From Candidatus Buchananbacteria bacterium (GTDB lineage Bacteria; Patescibacteriota; Patescibacteriia; CAIXNZ01), in NCBI GenBank assembly GCA_014729025.1, contig WJKP01000017.1, positions 1-51,344 of the forward strand: a stretch of 51,344 nucleotides of DNA, given 5' to 3'. The notes beneath the pieces were generated by a model. It did no database searches, was not told the origin of the DNA, and saw only the letters and a program-made list of their open reading frames with translations. Below are positions 23,526-33,920 of the stretch, piece by piece (the stretch's first letter is position 1; the number at the start of each line of letters is the position of its first letter). A program made the position numbers and the translations under genes.

Positions 23526-26303
23526 TTAATGAAACTGATACTCTCCCCTTGTTCCCCCTTCAAAACTATTAACTTTAATACCACCATCAAAAATTCCTCT
23601 AATTCTATATTTACTTGAATTTGATGTGCCAATTACGTTTCCTGCAGCATCCTGGGCGTTTGCAACGGTAATAGTAACACTCGCACCGTTTATCAAAGCT
23701 CCCGAACTCCAAGTTAATCTATAAATATTACCGGATACAAGCGCAACATTATTTGGATTATCGGCGACAGTACCTTGGCCTGAACTAGAAATTGTATAAT
23801 TAGCAGCTGTAGTAACACCGCTACCCATAGAGTCATCAAAAGTTACATCAATAGTAGTAAGCGATTGAATCTCAACTGAACTGACAGCTGGCGCAGTCGT
23901 ATCAATATTAATATCACTAGTATCAGCTATATTATTAGGCGAAGCTGGTACGGTTGAAAATGATTGAGTCCCGCCGGCCGTACTTGTAACACTTTCTGAA
24001 GAAATGGAAGATACGGTAAGGTCTGTAGCATCTTCTCCACTACCAGTAGATCCTACAGAATAAGTACCAGAAACGGTTTTTCCGGATACTGTGCTTAAAG
24101 TGACTGAGACACCATTACTCAAAACTGCTGTCAAAGTACTCGTACCGTCTAAATTTAAATCATAAGTAGCTGTAATATTTATATTTGAACCTGGACCATA
24201 AATTCCATCAGTAGTGGTTGAAGTAAAACTTTGCAAAATCGGGGGGAGAATAATTACTACCGAGCCATCACCACCAGACGCACCAGCTGTTCCAGTAGCG
24301 CCTCCCGTACCACCTACACCGACACTTGAAATATAATCACTATCTGTATTATTACCAGGTGTTGTGCCGCTACCGCTTGTCGTAGTATCACCATAACCAG
24401 AACCACCGCCACCACCGGCTCCAGAAGTATTGGAAGCATTAGCCGCACCGCCACCGCCGCCGCCGTAATAACCAGCGCCAGCACCTCCACCGCCAGAACG
24501 ACCTGTCCCATCATTACCACCGCCGCCACGACCGCCTCCATTAGTACCGCCTGGGATTCTACTACCAGTTAAATGCCCACCGTCTCCTCCTGCTAAAGAA
24601 GAACCGGCCGTGGGTGAACCATCACCACTGCCTGCGCTGCCTCCAGCCGATTGAGTTCCGCCGCTACCACCGGTCACAGAACCGCCACCGCCACTACCGC
24701 TTCCTCCACTGGTACCACCACCAACACCCCCCGCACCGCCAGCCGGAGCACCGGCTTGATTATCACCGCCACCACCACCGCCGCCACCAGCAGCTACAAT
24801 AAGCGATGTAGTATTTCTAAAAACACCAGAATAACCACCGCCGCCGCCGCCAGAAGACACTCCACTAACCACTGCACCGCCTGAACCACCACCACCGACA
24901 CGGATTGTTAAATTTTCCCCTGGTGTAACACTAAGCGTAGAATTTGTATAACCAGCACCACCACCATCACCACCAGACTGAGCAGAACCACCTCCGCCGC
25001 CACCACCACCAGCTCCCCATGATTTAACATTAATCTGATAAACACCTACCGGAACTTGCCAGGTAGTCCCGCTTGTGGCAGCGCCAAAAACAATTTGTCC
25101 GTCTTGTGACTGCTCAGGACCTAAATTATAAAAAGTTGAAGGTGAATTTTGATTATTATATGAAGTTGTAATCCAACCGCTACTTCTATTGACCGAACTT
25201 ACACGGACTTCATCGACAAGCCCCTCCCACCAACGGCCATCATAATCAACATATTGTCTGCCAATACGAAAATCATCACCAGTATCGGATACTGCATGAG
25301 TGCTCGTATCTGTTTGTAACACGCCATCAATATATAAATAACTAGTACCACCATCCCTTACGCCGACAATATAATGCCAGTCAGTATCATTATAAACAGA
25401 ATCACTTAAAATATAATCAGTTGAGCCACCACTGGCAATAAAAAAACGAAAATAATTACCACCATCTTTTGAGATATTATATCCATTATAATTACCGCCA
25501 GCATATTCAAGTTTACCAGCTATGCCCATATAAGTATCAGTTACATCTGGTTTTGCCCATCCCGCAATAGTCATATCCCCTGTTAATTGTAGACTGCTGG
25601 GATTTTGACAATCAACTTCATCATTATTTCCGTCAAAATCAAAACTACCATCAATATTACCTGTTACCTGATCACTGGTGTTCATGCCAGAAGTAGTACC
25701 ATCATTGGCATTTGCGGTGCTATCTTTTATATCATCGGTTCCTCCGTCTATATCCGTTTCTTGAAGATGCTGTACTAACTCATAATCACTATTCCAAACA
25801 CCGGTCATATTTTGCTGGTCTGTCGCTCCGCTATTACCATAATACATATAAAATACTGTATTAGCGGTATTAGAAAGGCTAGGCACTCTTACCCAAGCGA
25901 CTAGCTCACCGGTAGAGCTGGTATAATTTTCAATCTCATGATCAAGCTTGGTTGTACCATCAGACGAAGTAAACAATATATCATAACCGTCACTTCGGGC
26001 ATTAGTAGCCAAATTAAGATCGGAATTCAAATTTATCAATACCGGAAAATTAGTTTGGGAACTTGTTGAAACCTGTGTGTAATCAACGGTTATTGATTTT
26101 CGATAATCCCAGCTGGAATTATACCAGCTTGCAGCCTGTGCTTCAGGAATATTAATAAATATATTACTAAAAAAAACACCTGTAGAAGTTAAAATAAAAA
26201 TAAAAATAAACCAAATAAGCAAACCTTTACGCAAAGAACCAAGCCGCAGGCCTATATAATTTTTTAATTTTAAATTTAATTTATTTATACCCGTTTTTCT
26301 CAT
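23526..26303 (-). CDS. large secreted protein: DUF2341-like, LamG-like, glycine-rich (ALK-type Gly_rich-like) and Ig-like regions
   Basis: 925 aa. SWDYRKSITV...FPVLINL...DGYDILFTS...LDHEIE (DUF2341-like); LamG-like FDFDGNNDEVDC...WHYIVGV...LYIDG...DEVRVS; WQVPVGVYQINVKSWGAGGGGGG... plus about 250 aa of Gly runs. Confidence 0.8.
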   Translation of the reverse strand: MRKTGINKLNLKLKNYIGLRLGSLRKGLLIWFIFIFILTSTGVFFSNIFINIPEAQAASWYNSSWDYRKSITVDYTQVSTSSQTNFPVLINLNSDLNLATNARSDGYDILFTSSDGTTKLDHEIENYTSSTGELVAWVRVPSLSNTANTVFYMYYGNSGATDQQNMTGVWNSDYELVQHLQETDIDGGTDDIKDSTANANDGTTSGMNTSDQVTGNIDGSFDFDGNNDEVDCQNPSSLQLTGDMTIAGWAKPDVTDTYMGIAGKLEYAGGNYNGYNISKDGGNYFRFFIASGGSTDYILSDSVYNDTDWHYIVGVRDGGTSYLYIDGVLQTDTSTHAVSDTGDDFRIGRQYVDYDGRWWEGLVDEVRVSSVNRSSGWITTSYNNQNSPSTFYNLGPEQSQDGQIVFGAATSGTTWQVPVGVYQINVKSWGAGGGGGGGGSAQSGGDGGGAGYTNSTLSVTPGENLTIRVGGGGSGGAVVSGVSSGGGGGGYSGVFRNTTSLIVAAGGGGGGGGDNQAGAPAGGAGGVGGGTSGGSGSGGGGSVTGGSGGTQSAGGSAGSGDGSPTAGSSLAGGDGGHLTGSRIPGGTNGGGRGGGGNDGTGRSGGGGAGAGYYGGGGGGAANASNTSGAGGGGGSGYGDTTTSGSGTTPGNNTDSDYISSVGVGGTGGATGTAGASGGDGSVVIILPPILQSFTSTTTDGIYGPGSNINITATYDLNLDGTSTLTAVLSNGVSVTLSTVSGKTVSGTYSVGSTGSGEDATDLTVSSISSESVTSTAGGTQSFSTVPASPNNIADTSDINIDTTAPAVSSVEIQSLTTIDVTFDDSMGSGVTTAANYTISSSGQGTVADNPNNVALVSGNIYRLTWSSGALINGASVTITVANAQDAAGNVIGTSNSSKYRIRGIFDGGIKVNSFEGGTRGEYQFH

Positions 26304-26334
26304 AAAAAATTTTATAGATTATCAATTCAGCTTA

Positions 26335-29300
26335 TTAATTATAGCTAAAAACGGCCTTACCAATATCTACTGTAGCTGTATCATCAACAGTACCCTTACA
26401 AACAATAACAAAAGGATTTCCCGCTGTCCAAGTCCCCCCGCCAATATTGGTACTGGTTATATTTATTGTAGACTCACTGGTTGAAGCGCTATCAGCTGTA
26501 GTATAAGTTGAACTCCCGGCGGTATCATAAACCGTACAGGCTACTTTAGAAGTATTGGTATCTGCAGAACTAGTTTTATAAGTTATTGTAATCGCACTAG
26601 TTGACCAAGAGCTAAAATCTGAAGGTAACAGTTTTTGATAAACTATATCCAAATCTTGATCTGCTGCATTACCATAAATATGATTATATTGTTCTTGGTC
26701 GGTATAATCGTATAATCTCCAGGAGTCAACATTATTACTGCCCCCGTCTGCTTCATGAATTGCTTCAGCCGAATTGGCCATAAAGTTTTGTGTTCCACTT
26801 GCCCCTGATGATATACAATCTGTCCAAGAACCGTTTTCATAACATCTAAATTTATTTAAATTATCATTATAATATACACCGCCATTAGTACCGACCGGAT
26901 CGCCAGAATCTGATTTAATATCAAAAACTAATAAATCCGGGTTGCTTGAACCAGCGCCACCATCACCAATTTGTACATTTGCTGTTGTTCCGGTCCCAGC
27001 CGCCTGCAAATTAATACTGCCAGAACCTGAAGAAACAGTTAATGCTCCATTAGATGTTAAATCAGTAGAAGTTCCCAGTGAAACAGTACCAGAACCAGCC
27101 TGTAAAGTCAGGTCTCCACTACTGGTTGCAATAGATGAAGCGCTTAAACCTGAAAGTGATAAGCTGCCTGAAGTCGCTGTCATATTCAAAGCACCGGTTG
27201 TTAAAGTAAAACCGTTTTGAGCTGTCAATGTACCGGCTGAAGTAATCGTCCCTGTGCCGGTTGTATTAATATTGCCGCTGGTATTAATAACACCGGCATT
27301 AGTAATATACCAATCACCATCAGTGGTATTAATATCATTACCGCTACCTGTATTATTTATTTCTAAAGCTGCCGGATTATTAGTAGTATCATTTTGATTA
27401 ATAATCAAGCTGCTATTATTTGAGCCGTCAGGCGTAGTAAAGGTTATTGGCACTCCGCCTGAAGTAGTAATAGTCGCTCCGCCATTATAAGCTGTCTGCA
27501 AACTGACTGTACCGCCAGTATCACAATCTTTCCAAGAACCGCTTTCATAACAACGAAATTTATTATCATTGGAATTATAATACATAGCACCATCAGCACC
27601 TGTAGGATCCCCTGAATCAGTTTTAGTATCAAGCACTAAGGTTGTGCCGGTAGTATCCGACGTACCAATGGTCACATTACCTCCAAGCGGCAACAAATTA
27701 ACATTACCGCTACCTGACTGAATACTGGTAGTTGAAGTAGTATTGGTTGAACCTAAAGTCAAAATTTTGTCAGCTGCGCCAGTGCCAATATTAATAGTTT
27801 CAGCGCTACTATCATCACCGATCGCTAAATTGCCGGTCGTACCAGAATTAAGAGTCAAAGTAGTTGCATTAGCTGAAGTTATAGTCAAAGCACCGCTAGC
27901 TGTCAAATCCGTTGAAGTACCCAAACTAACAGTGCCAGAACCGGCCTGTAAAGTTAAATTATTACTTGGGGTTAGACTGACATCGCCAGTATTATTAACC
28001 GTAAAATCACCTGTTCCCGTAGTATTTAAATTAAAATTATTCAAACCAATTGTTGTAGTAGCATCCAAAGACAGGCTATCGGCAAAATTAACAAAATCCA
28101 GGCCAGTAGTAATATTATTCAAATTCTGCCAGGTTGGGAGACCCGAAGAAACAGCTAAAACCAAATTATCACTACCGCCAATGCTTAATCTGCTCAAAGT
28201 ATTGGCAGCTGAAGCGTACAATAAATCACCAGCACTCCAAATAGTTTGCGCTGTCCCGCCATATTGTTCTGTAATAACATTACCTTGCCAAGTACCGCCA
28301 GATAAAACACCGGCAGTGCTTATATCTAAAGCTGTTGAATCCACTGCAAAAGTACCATTATTATCACCTAAACTTATTGCTCCTGAACCAGCGATTGTAA
28401 ATCCTCCTGAACTTAAATTAAAAGCTATATCAGTTGTACCGGCTGTTGTAATTGTTGCCCCGTTATCATAAGCGTCTTGCAAGGTTGTTGCTGCACTCGT
28501 ATTATCAGACTGACATGACCACTGACCTGTGCCAGTTGAATATTTTAGTATTTCATTATCGCCGCAATCTATTAATGATAAACCATTACCATCTACTTCC
28601 AAACCTTTATTGGCTTGTAAAGCTAAGGTAATATCATCTGCATTAACCGTAATACCATTACCGGCTCCTACTGCTACAGTCGGGGTAGCGCCTTCTGAAG
28701 CCACGTCTCCTGTTAAACCACCTCCAGCCGTTAAGCTAGCTATATAATTGCCCGTAGTATCTGTAGTTAAAGCCACACTATCCGCTTGAATTGTTGTTGC
28801 CCCGTCCGTTGCTATATCAACATCTCCTGTCATATCTACTCCGGTTGCCACATTACTTCCGTTGCCTACAAATATATATCCGCCAGTTAAAGCATTGCTC
28901 ATATCATTTGACACATCCTGATCCCAACCGCTTACATCCAGCCAGCTTGGGGCTGCTGCTCCGTTTGACTGCAGTAAATAACCGCTGGTTCCGGCTGCCA
29001 ATGAATCATAAGTGGTTGCGCCTGTTGAATATAATATTTCACCTGCTCCGGCTGCTGTTACATCTCCGCCCAAACCGCCGTATGTCACTTCAATTGCATT
29101 GCCGTTCCAAGTTGCTCCTGTAATTGTTCCTCCTGTTGTACTAAATGTCCCGTCTGTTAAGGTTGTAGCTGTTAAAGCTCCACTGGCATTCACGCTCCAA
29201 TCATTACTGGTTACGATGAAATCAGATGTGCCGGTATTAATTGTAAAAGCACTATTACTGGTAGTTAAAGTATTATCAGCATCCGTAGCATAAACCGCTT

Positions 29301-32300
29301 CAAAATCCGAACTGCCTCCGGTAGCATCAGCCGAGCAAGCCCAGTAATCACTAGTTTCATCCCATTTTAATAATTCATTATCCGCACAACCTTGCAACAT
29401 AGACAATTGACCACTGATAAATTCCAGGCCGGAAGCTGAATTAGTCGTTGTACTTAAAGCATCCGCTGGAGTGGCTAATAAATCCAAACTCAAACTATGT
29501 GCTATATTTTCTCCGGTTGTTGCCCCTGTTGAAGCTATACCATTGCCAGCGGTTATATCTGAAACATAATCTCCCGTAGTATCCGTGGCCAAAGCTACGC
29601 TATCAGCTGCAATTGTCGGATTTGGATATGTACCGGTTAAATCTCCTCCGGCGCTTGTTGCGCTGCTGATTAATGTGCCTGTTTCTGCCGGTAAAGTTAA
29701 AGTGTAATCCGTACTAAGAGCTGGCGCTGTTAATTGGATTTCATTTGCATCGCTTACTGTTCCTTCAAAGTATAAATTATTACCCGCACCATCTTCAGTA
29801 AAAACAGCGCCTGATAAACCATCGCCAACTTGAGCAATATCACCGCCGCCACCTGGCGATGCCCAGGTTAAATTACCACTACCGTCTGTTTGTAAAAATT
29901 CGCCGGAACCGCCATCATTAATCGGCAAAGTTAAAGTATAATCTGCTCCAATCGCCGGACTGATTAATGTTATTTTATTATTTGATGCGTCATATAATTC
30001 CAAACTACCCGTAGTTGTGTTACTACCGGCTGTTAATGTACCGCCAGTTGCCGTTACATTAGCAAAACTTGGACTGTCGCCTGTGCCCAAACCTAAACTG
30101 GTTCTGGCTGTATTGCCACTTTCAGCTACCCAATTGGCCCCGTCGCCAACAATAAAATTACCGTCAGTCAAGGCCAAACCGGATATATCATCCAAAACGG
30201 CATCCCAAGCCTGAACTGTTGAACCTATATCATTATTTAATAACACTGTACCAGTAGCGTCAGGCAAAGTTATGGTATTGGCCCCGGTTGGATCAGTGAT
30301 TGCCAAAGTTGTTGTGTTGCCGTCATTTGTTGCGCCTTCAAATATTAAAGCGTTAGATCCTAATACTTCAGCATTAAATGTTAAACTATCAGTTGCGTCA
30401 CTACCAATAGTTGTATTAGCATTAGCAGTCAAATCGCCTGAAACTGTTAAAGCTCCAGCGGCATCTACGCTCCAGTCATTGCTTGTGACTATAAAATCCG
30501 ATGTGCCGGTATTAATTGTAAAAGCTCCATCACTGGTTATTAAGGTATTATCAGCATCCGTAGCATAAACCGCTTCAAAATCCGAACTGCCTGCGGCACT
30601 TTGCCAGCTTGTTCCGTCATACCATTTTAAAGTATTACCATCACCTGAATCCATAAACATATCACCGGTTGTTGGCGTGCCCGGCAAAGCTGCTGTCGCT
30701 AAATTAAGCCCGCCGGTTGCATATAACTGCAATTTTGTACCTTCCACCGGATGAGCAAAGCCCAATATATCTGGCGCGCCTGAAGTAAAAGTTAAAGCAA
30801 AATCATCATCAGTTTCATTATTACCAACCCTTAATGAATTACCTGTCACATACACATTGGCCCATCTTGCTCCGTTAGTGCCCAGATCATAAGAATTATT
30901 GGCTGACGGCACTATATCTCCGGAAGTAGTTACTGTACCGCTGCCTAAAAATGTGAAACTTGGATTAGTGGTTGTGTTACCAAAAGATATATTTTCAGAG
31001 CCATCAGTTGTATTGATATTTATATAATTATTGGTTCCTTCCTGCATATCAAGAGCGTCAGCAGTATTATCGGTTAATGAAGAAGAAATAGCACCGGCCC
31101 AGCTTAAATTACCGCTACCGTCTGTCTGTAAAAATTCATCGGGATTACCATCAGTAGCAGGCAAAATCCAAGCGATATTAGTGCCAATATTATCAGGCGC
31201 TTTAAAACCAACATAATTTGTACCATTAGCTGCCAATTCCACAAATTCCAAATTACCGGTATCGCCTGAATTAGTGCCGTACGGTTCAATTCTTAAAGCA
31301 TCAGCAGTAGATGGCTTTATATCCAATTTAGCACCGGGAGAAATCATACCAATACCCACATCTCCGCCGCTGGTAAGGCGCATTTTTTCATCACTGGCCG
31401 TAGTTCCGCCTGTAGAAAATTTAATATCAGTTCCCGGGATACCGGAAGCTATAGCCAAACCATCACCAAAACTAACCAAAAAAGACTCATTTGCTCCTGC
31501 CAAACTATAAGCTGGATTATTAAAAGTAGAAGAAGTTATCCCTACTGCCATGGAATAACGCAATGCTGGCGCAACAGCTGGATCATAACTATCAGAAGCT
31601 GCCGCCAAAACAGAAGTAGCATTATTAAGATTACTATTATTACGAACACTAAAAATTAAATTATCGTCTAAATTGCCCTGAAGATTAAGGATATCAGGAT
31701 TGCTTCCTGAATCAATTAAAACTTTTGCTTTAGGTGAACCCAAATTATCCGTACCAATTGCCACATTACCATCGGCGTCAATTAAAAACGGGGTAGTATC
31801 ACCCAGGCCATCTTGATCATCAACCCGAAAACTATCACCATTGCCAAGATTTTTTACATGCAAAGGCATAGCAGTTGAACCAGCTAATGTAGAAGCCTTT
31901 AAAATAGCTGAATCACCGGTCGCAGTTGAAGCCGTATTTTCTGAAAAAGTAAAGCCGGCCTGATCAGCGGTGGTTAATGACCAATTCCAAACCTGGGCAT
32001 TATCACCATTATTTATAGTATTAGCACCAGTGGCTGCCAAGATTGACGATAAAGGCAAATTAGTACCAACTGATGTCCAGCTTAAAGCACCGCTACCGTC
32101 AGTTGAAAGCACCTCCCCTGGTGAACCGTCAGCATTAGGTAAAGTCCAAGTTACATCACCAGCCAGAGCATCAGGAGATTTAAAAGCAAGATAATCAGAA
32201 CCATTGGCAGCTAATTCAACAAAACGTAATTCAGTTGTATCACCGGCATTAGCACCATAAGGATTTAAATTAAGACCGCTTTGCGGTTCAAAATTAATTG

Positions 32301-33774
32301 CCCCGACACCGTCAATATTAAAATCACCGGAACTTAAAGTAAAAGCTATTGGCGTACTGCCTGCCGTAGTAACAGTGGAACCGGTATCATAAGATGACTG
32401 TAAGCCGGTAATACAATTAACCCAATCTCCATTCACAAAACAACGAAATGTATTATTAGAAATATTATAATACACGGAACCCTCAGTAGCTCCAGCCGGA
32501 TCAGGATCGTTTTTTTGTCCTAATCTTAATAAGGATCCATCACCAACTTTAATATCACCACTTACCTCTAAAGCATAATTAGGCGCATTATTACCAATAC
32601 CCAAACGTTTATTAGTATTATCCCAAAATAAATTATTAAAATCTTCTATAACCTCACCATTAAAACCGCCAAACGCTATTCCTCCTTGATTAAGAGATCC
32701 ATGATGAGCATCATCAATATCAACCAAAATACGACCGGTACCAGCAAGCGCTTCTGTAATATAACCAATAGCTACTTCCAGATTAGGCTGCTGTGGTCTT
32801 GTGGTTGTAAACTCACCGGCTGTGCTTGGCGATAAATAAAGCTTATCGCCTGATGAATATATAGCTGTATTCAAATTATGAACTAGGCCAAAATTAGTCA
32901 CATAACCATAACTGCCATTTGGAATATCACCAGTGGTCAGCCCAAGTACCTTAGAAGTGTTTAAATTATCAGCTTGAGCCAAATCAATAGTGGGGGCGCT
33001 ACCATTAACTCCAGTAATATAAACTGCCTTACCATTGCCTATTAATCCGCCTGAATTATTATAAACCTTAATTAAAGATTCTTCACCAATATTAACTATA
33101 ACTGCTGAATCTTCATTATAATAAGAAAGTGTCTTTTCAGTATTATCATAAAAAACCCTGCCTTCCTGATAAACCGGATTAGCAGTAGTATTTAAATCAA
33201 TATAATCAGCCACATCCAAAGAACCATTAATTGTTGTGTTAACACCGGCCTGGCCGATTGCAACTGAAGAAGCCGTACCAGTCCCCAAATTAAGATTGGC
33301 CGCGGCATCAATATTTAAATCACCAGTGGTAGTTGACCAGGTTGAGGTCGCATCAGCTGTAATTGTTAAAACTGCGCCACTGGTTGACAAATTCAAACCG
33401 CCACCGCCTGCCGTATCATTGATTGTCAAAGCATTGCCAGCCAAATCTATGCCAGTAGCCGCATCCAAAATCATTGAATCAGCAAAATTGGAAAAATCCA
33501 AACTGCTGCCAACAACTGAAATACAATCTACCCAGGTACCATTTTCATAACAACGGAATTTATCGGTTGAAGAATTATAAATTATTCTGCCATTGGCACC
33601 GGTTGCTGGATCTGAGCCAAAAGAACCGATTTGCAAATAACCTGTAGTAGTAATATCCTGGCCAATCGTGGTTGCCGCCCAAACATTAGAAGCACTAAAA
33701 AACAAAAAAAAGATCAAAACCATGACCAGTGCTTTAAATATTTTTATAATATTTTTACCTCTAAAAATCTGCAT
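26335..33774 (-). CDS. giant secreted repeat protein (tail-fibre/adhesin-like)
   Basis: 2479-aa uninterrupted ORF; signal peptide ending NVWA; Thr/Gly/Ser/Asn-rich; recurring F(R)C(Y/F)xxGxWxxC and LP..DG..(E/G)(F/V)L.TDGSG.L(S/T)W modules. Confidence 0.85.
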   Translation of the reverse strand: MQIFRGKNIIKIFKALVMVLIFFLFFSASNVWAATTIGQDITTTGYLQIGSFGSDPATGANGRIIYNSSTDKFRCYENGTWVDCISVVGSSLDFSNFADSMILDAATGIDLAGNALTINDTAGGGGLNLSTSGAVLTITADATSTWSTTTGDLNIDAAANLNLGTGTASSVAIGQAGVNTTINGSLDVADYIDLNTTANPVYQEGRVFYDNTEKTLSYYNEDSAVIVNIGEESLIKVYNNSGGLIGNGKAVYITGVNGSAPTIDLAQADNLNTSKVLGLTTGDIPNGSYGYVTNFGLVHNLNTAIYSSGDKLYLSPSTAGEFTTTRPQQPNLEVAIGYITEALAGTGRILVDIDDAHHGSLNQGGIAFGGFNGEVIEDFNNLFWDNTNKRLGIGNNAPNYALEVSGDIKVGDGSLLRLGQKNDPDPAGATEGSVYYNISNNTFRCFVNGDWVNCITGLQSSYDTGSTVTTAGSTPIAFTLSSGDFNIDGVGAINFEPQSGLNLNPYGANAGDTTELRFVELAANGSDYLAFKSPDALAGDVTWTLPNADGSPGEVLSTDGSGALSWTSVGTNLPLSSILAATGANTINNGDNAQVWNWSLTTADQAGFTFSENTASTATGDSAILKASTLAGSTAMPLHVKNLGNGDSFRVDDQDGLGDTTPFLIDADGNVAIGTDNLGSPKAKVLIDSGSNPDILNLQGNLDDNLIFSVRNNSNLNNATSVLAAASDSYDPAVAPALRYSMAVGITSSTFNNPAYSLAGANESFLVSFGDGLAIASGIPGTDIKFSTGGTTASDEKMRLTSGGDVGIGMISPGAKLDIKPSTADALRIEPYGTNSGDTGNLEFVELAANGTNYVGFKAPDNIGTNIAWILPATDGNPDEFLQTDGSGNLSWAGAISSSLTDNTADALDMQEGTNNYININTTDGSENISFGNTTTNPSFTFLGSGTVTTSGDIVPSANNSYDLGTNGARWANVYVTGNSLRVGNNETDDDFALTFTSGAPDILGFAHPVEGTKLQLYATGGLNLATAALPGTPTTGDMFMDSGDGNTLKWYDGTSWQSAAGSSDFEAVYATDADNTLITSDGAFTINTGTSDFIVTSNDWSVDAAGALTVSGDLTANANTTIGSDATDSLTFNAEVLGSNALIFEGATNDGNTTTLAITDPTGANTITLPDATGTVLLNNDIGSTVQAWDAVLDDISGLALTDGNFIVGDGANWVAESGNTARTSLGLGTGDSPSFANVTATGGTLTAGSNTTTGSLELYDASNNKITLISPAIGADYTLTLPINDGGSGEFLQTDGSGNLTWASPGGGGDIAQVGDGLSGAVFTEDGAGNNLYFEGTVSDANEIQLTAPALSTDYTLTLPAETGTLISSATSAGGDLTGTYPNPTIAADSVALATDTTGDYVSDITAGNGIASTGATTGENIAHSLSLDLLATPADALSTTTNSASGLEFISGQLSMLQGCADNELLKWDETSDYWACSADATGGSSDFEAVYATDADNTLTTSNSAFTINTGTSDFIVTSNDWSVNASGALTATTLTDGTFSTTGGTITGATWNGNAIEVTYGGLGGDVTAAGAGEILYSTGATTYDSLAAGTSGYLLQSNGAAAPSWLDVSGWDQDVSNDMSNALTGGYIFVGNGSNVATGVDMTGDVDIATDGATTIQADSVALTTDTTGNYIASLTAGGGLTGDVASEGATPTVAVGAGNGITVNADDITLALQANKGLEVDGNGLSLIDCGDNEILKYSTGTGQWSCQSDNTSAATTLQDAYDNGATITTAGTTDIAFNLSSGGFTIAGSGAISLGDNNGTFAVDSTALDISTAGVLSGGTWQGNVITEQYGGTAQTIWSAGDLLYASAANTLSRLSIGGSDNLVLAVSSGLPTWQNLNNITTGLDFVNFADSLSLDATTTIGLNNFNLNTTGTGDFTVNNTGDVSLTPSNNLTLQAGSGTVSLGTSTDLTASGALTITSANATTLTLNSGTTGNLAIGDDSSAETINIGTGAADKILTLGSTNTTSTTSIQSGSGNVNLLPLGGNVTIGTSDTTGTTLVLDTKTDSGDPTGADGAMYYNSNDNKFRCYESGSWKDCDTGGTVSLQTAYNGGATITTSGGVPITFTTPDGSNNSSLIINQNDTTNNPAALEINNTGSGNDINTTDGDWYITNAGVINTSGNINTTGTGTITSAGTLTAQNGFTLTTGALNMTATSGSLSLSGLSASSIATSSGDLTLQAGSGTVSLGTSTDLTSNGALTVSSGSGSINLQAAGTGTTANVQIGDGGAGSSNPDLLVFDIKSDSGDPVGTNGGVYYNDNLNKFRCYENGSWTDCISSGASGTQNFMANSAEAIHEADGGSNNVDSWRLYDYTDQEQYNHIYGNAADQDLDIVYQKLLPSDFSSWSTSAITITYKTSSADTNTSKVACTVYDTAGSSTYTTADSASTSESTINITSTNIGGGTWTAGNPFVIVCKGTVDDTATVDIGKAVFSYN

Positions 33775-33874
33775 ATTAAAATTTATTTTTAATAATATTC
33801 AAAATATTGGATAATTTAATAAAATTATACCCCTTATGTTTTTCATATAAATTCTTAAACATTTTACCATCTTA

Positions 33875-33883
33875 ATTATAACA
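33875..33883 (-). promoter_or_regulatory. extended -10 (TGTTATAAT) upstream of the giant gene
   Basis: Minus-strand TGTTATAAT about 100 nt upstream of ATG 33774; a TTGACA lies nearby but at suboptimal spacing. Confidence 0.35.
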
Positions 33884-33920
33884 TAAAATCTACCTGTCAA
33901 CCACTTTTTTTGTAAAATTT

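Noticed and set aside
24314-24884. ORFs of 62-77 aa rich in His/Pro/Thr/Arg or Val/Ala inside the 925-aa gene (24314-24541 on the minus strand in another frame; 24614-24802 and 24651-24884 on the plus strand)
   Set aside because: They are out-of-frame or antisense read-throughs of the GGN (poly-Gly) repeat tract. They have no start context and are fully nested in a much longer, better supported ORF.
27743-28471. 242-aa plus-strand ORF and many other 60-110-aa plus-strand ORFs across 26.9-33.6 kb
   Set aside because: They are antisense to the uninterrupted 2479-aa ORF. Their Val/Pro/Ala/Lys-rich low-complexity translations mirror the Thr/Gly/Asn codons, which is a typical shadow-ORF pattern.
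29171-30595. The 150-nt repeat pair as a diversity-generating retroelement TR/VR pair
   Set aside because: Mismatches between the copies involve all base types rather than adenine-specific substitutions. Both copies are coding, and no reverse transcriptase is present in the window.
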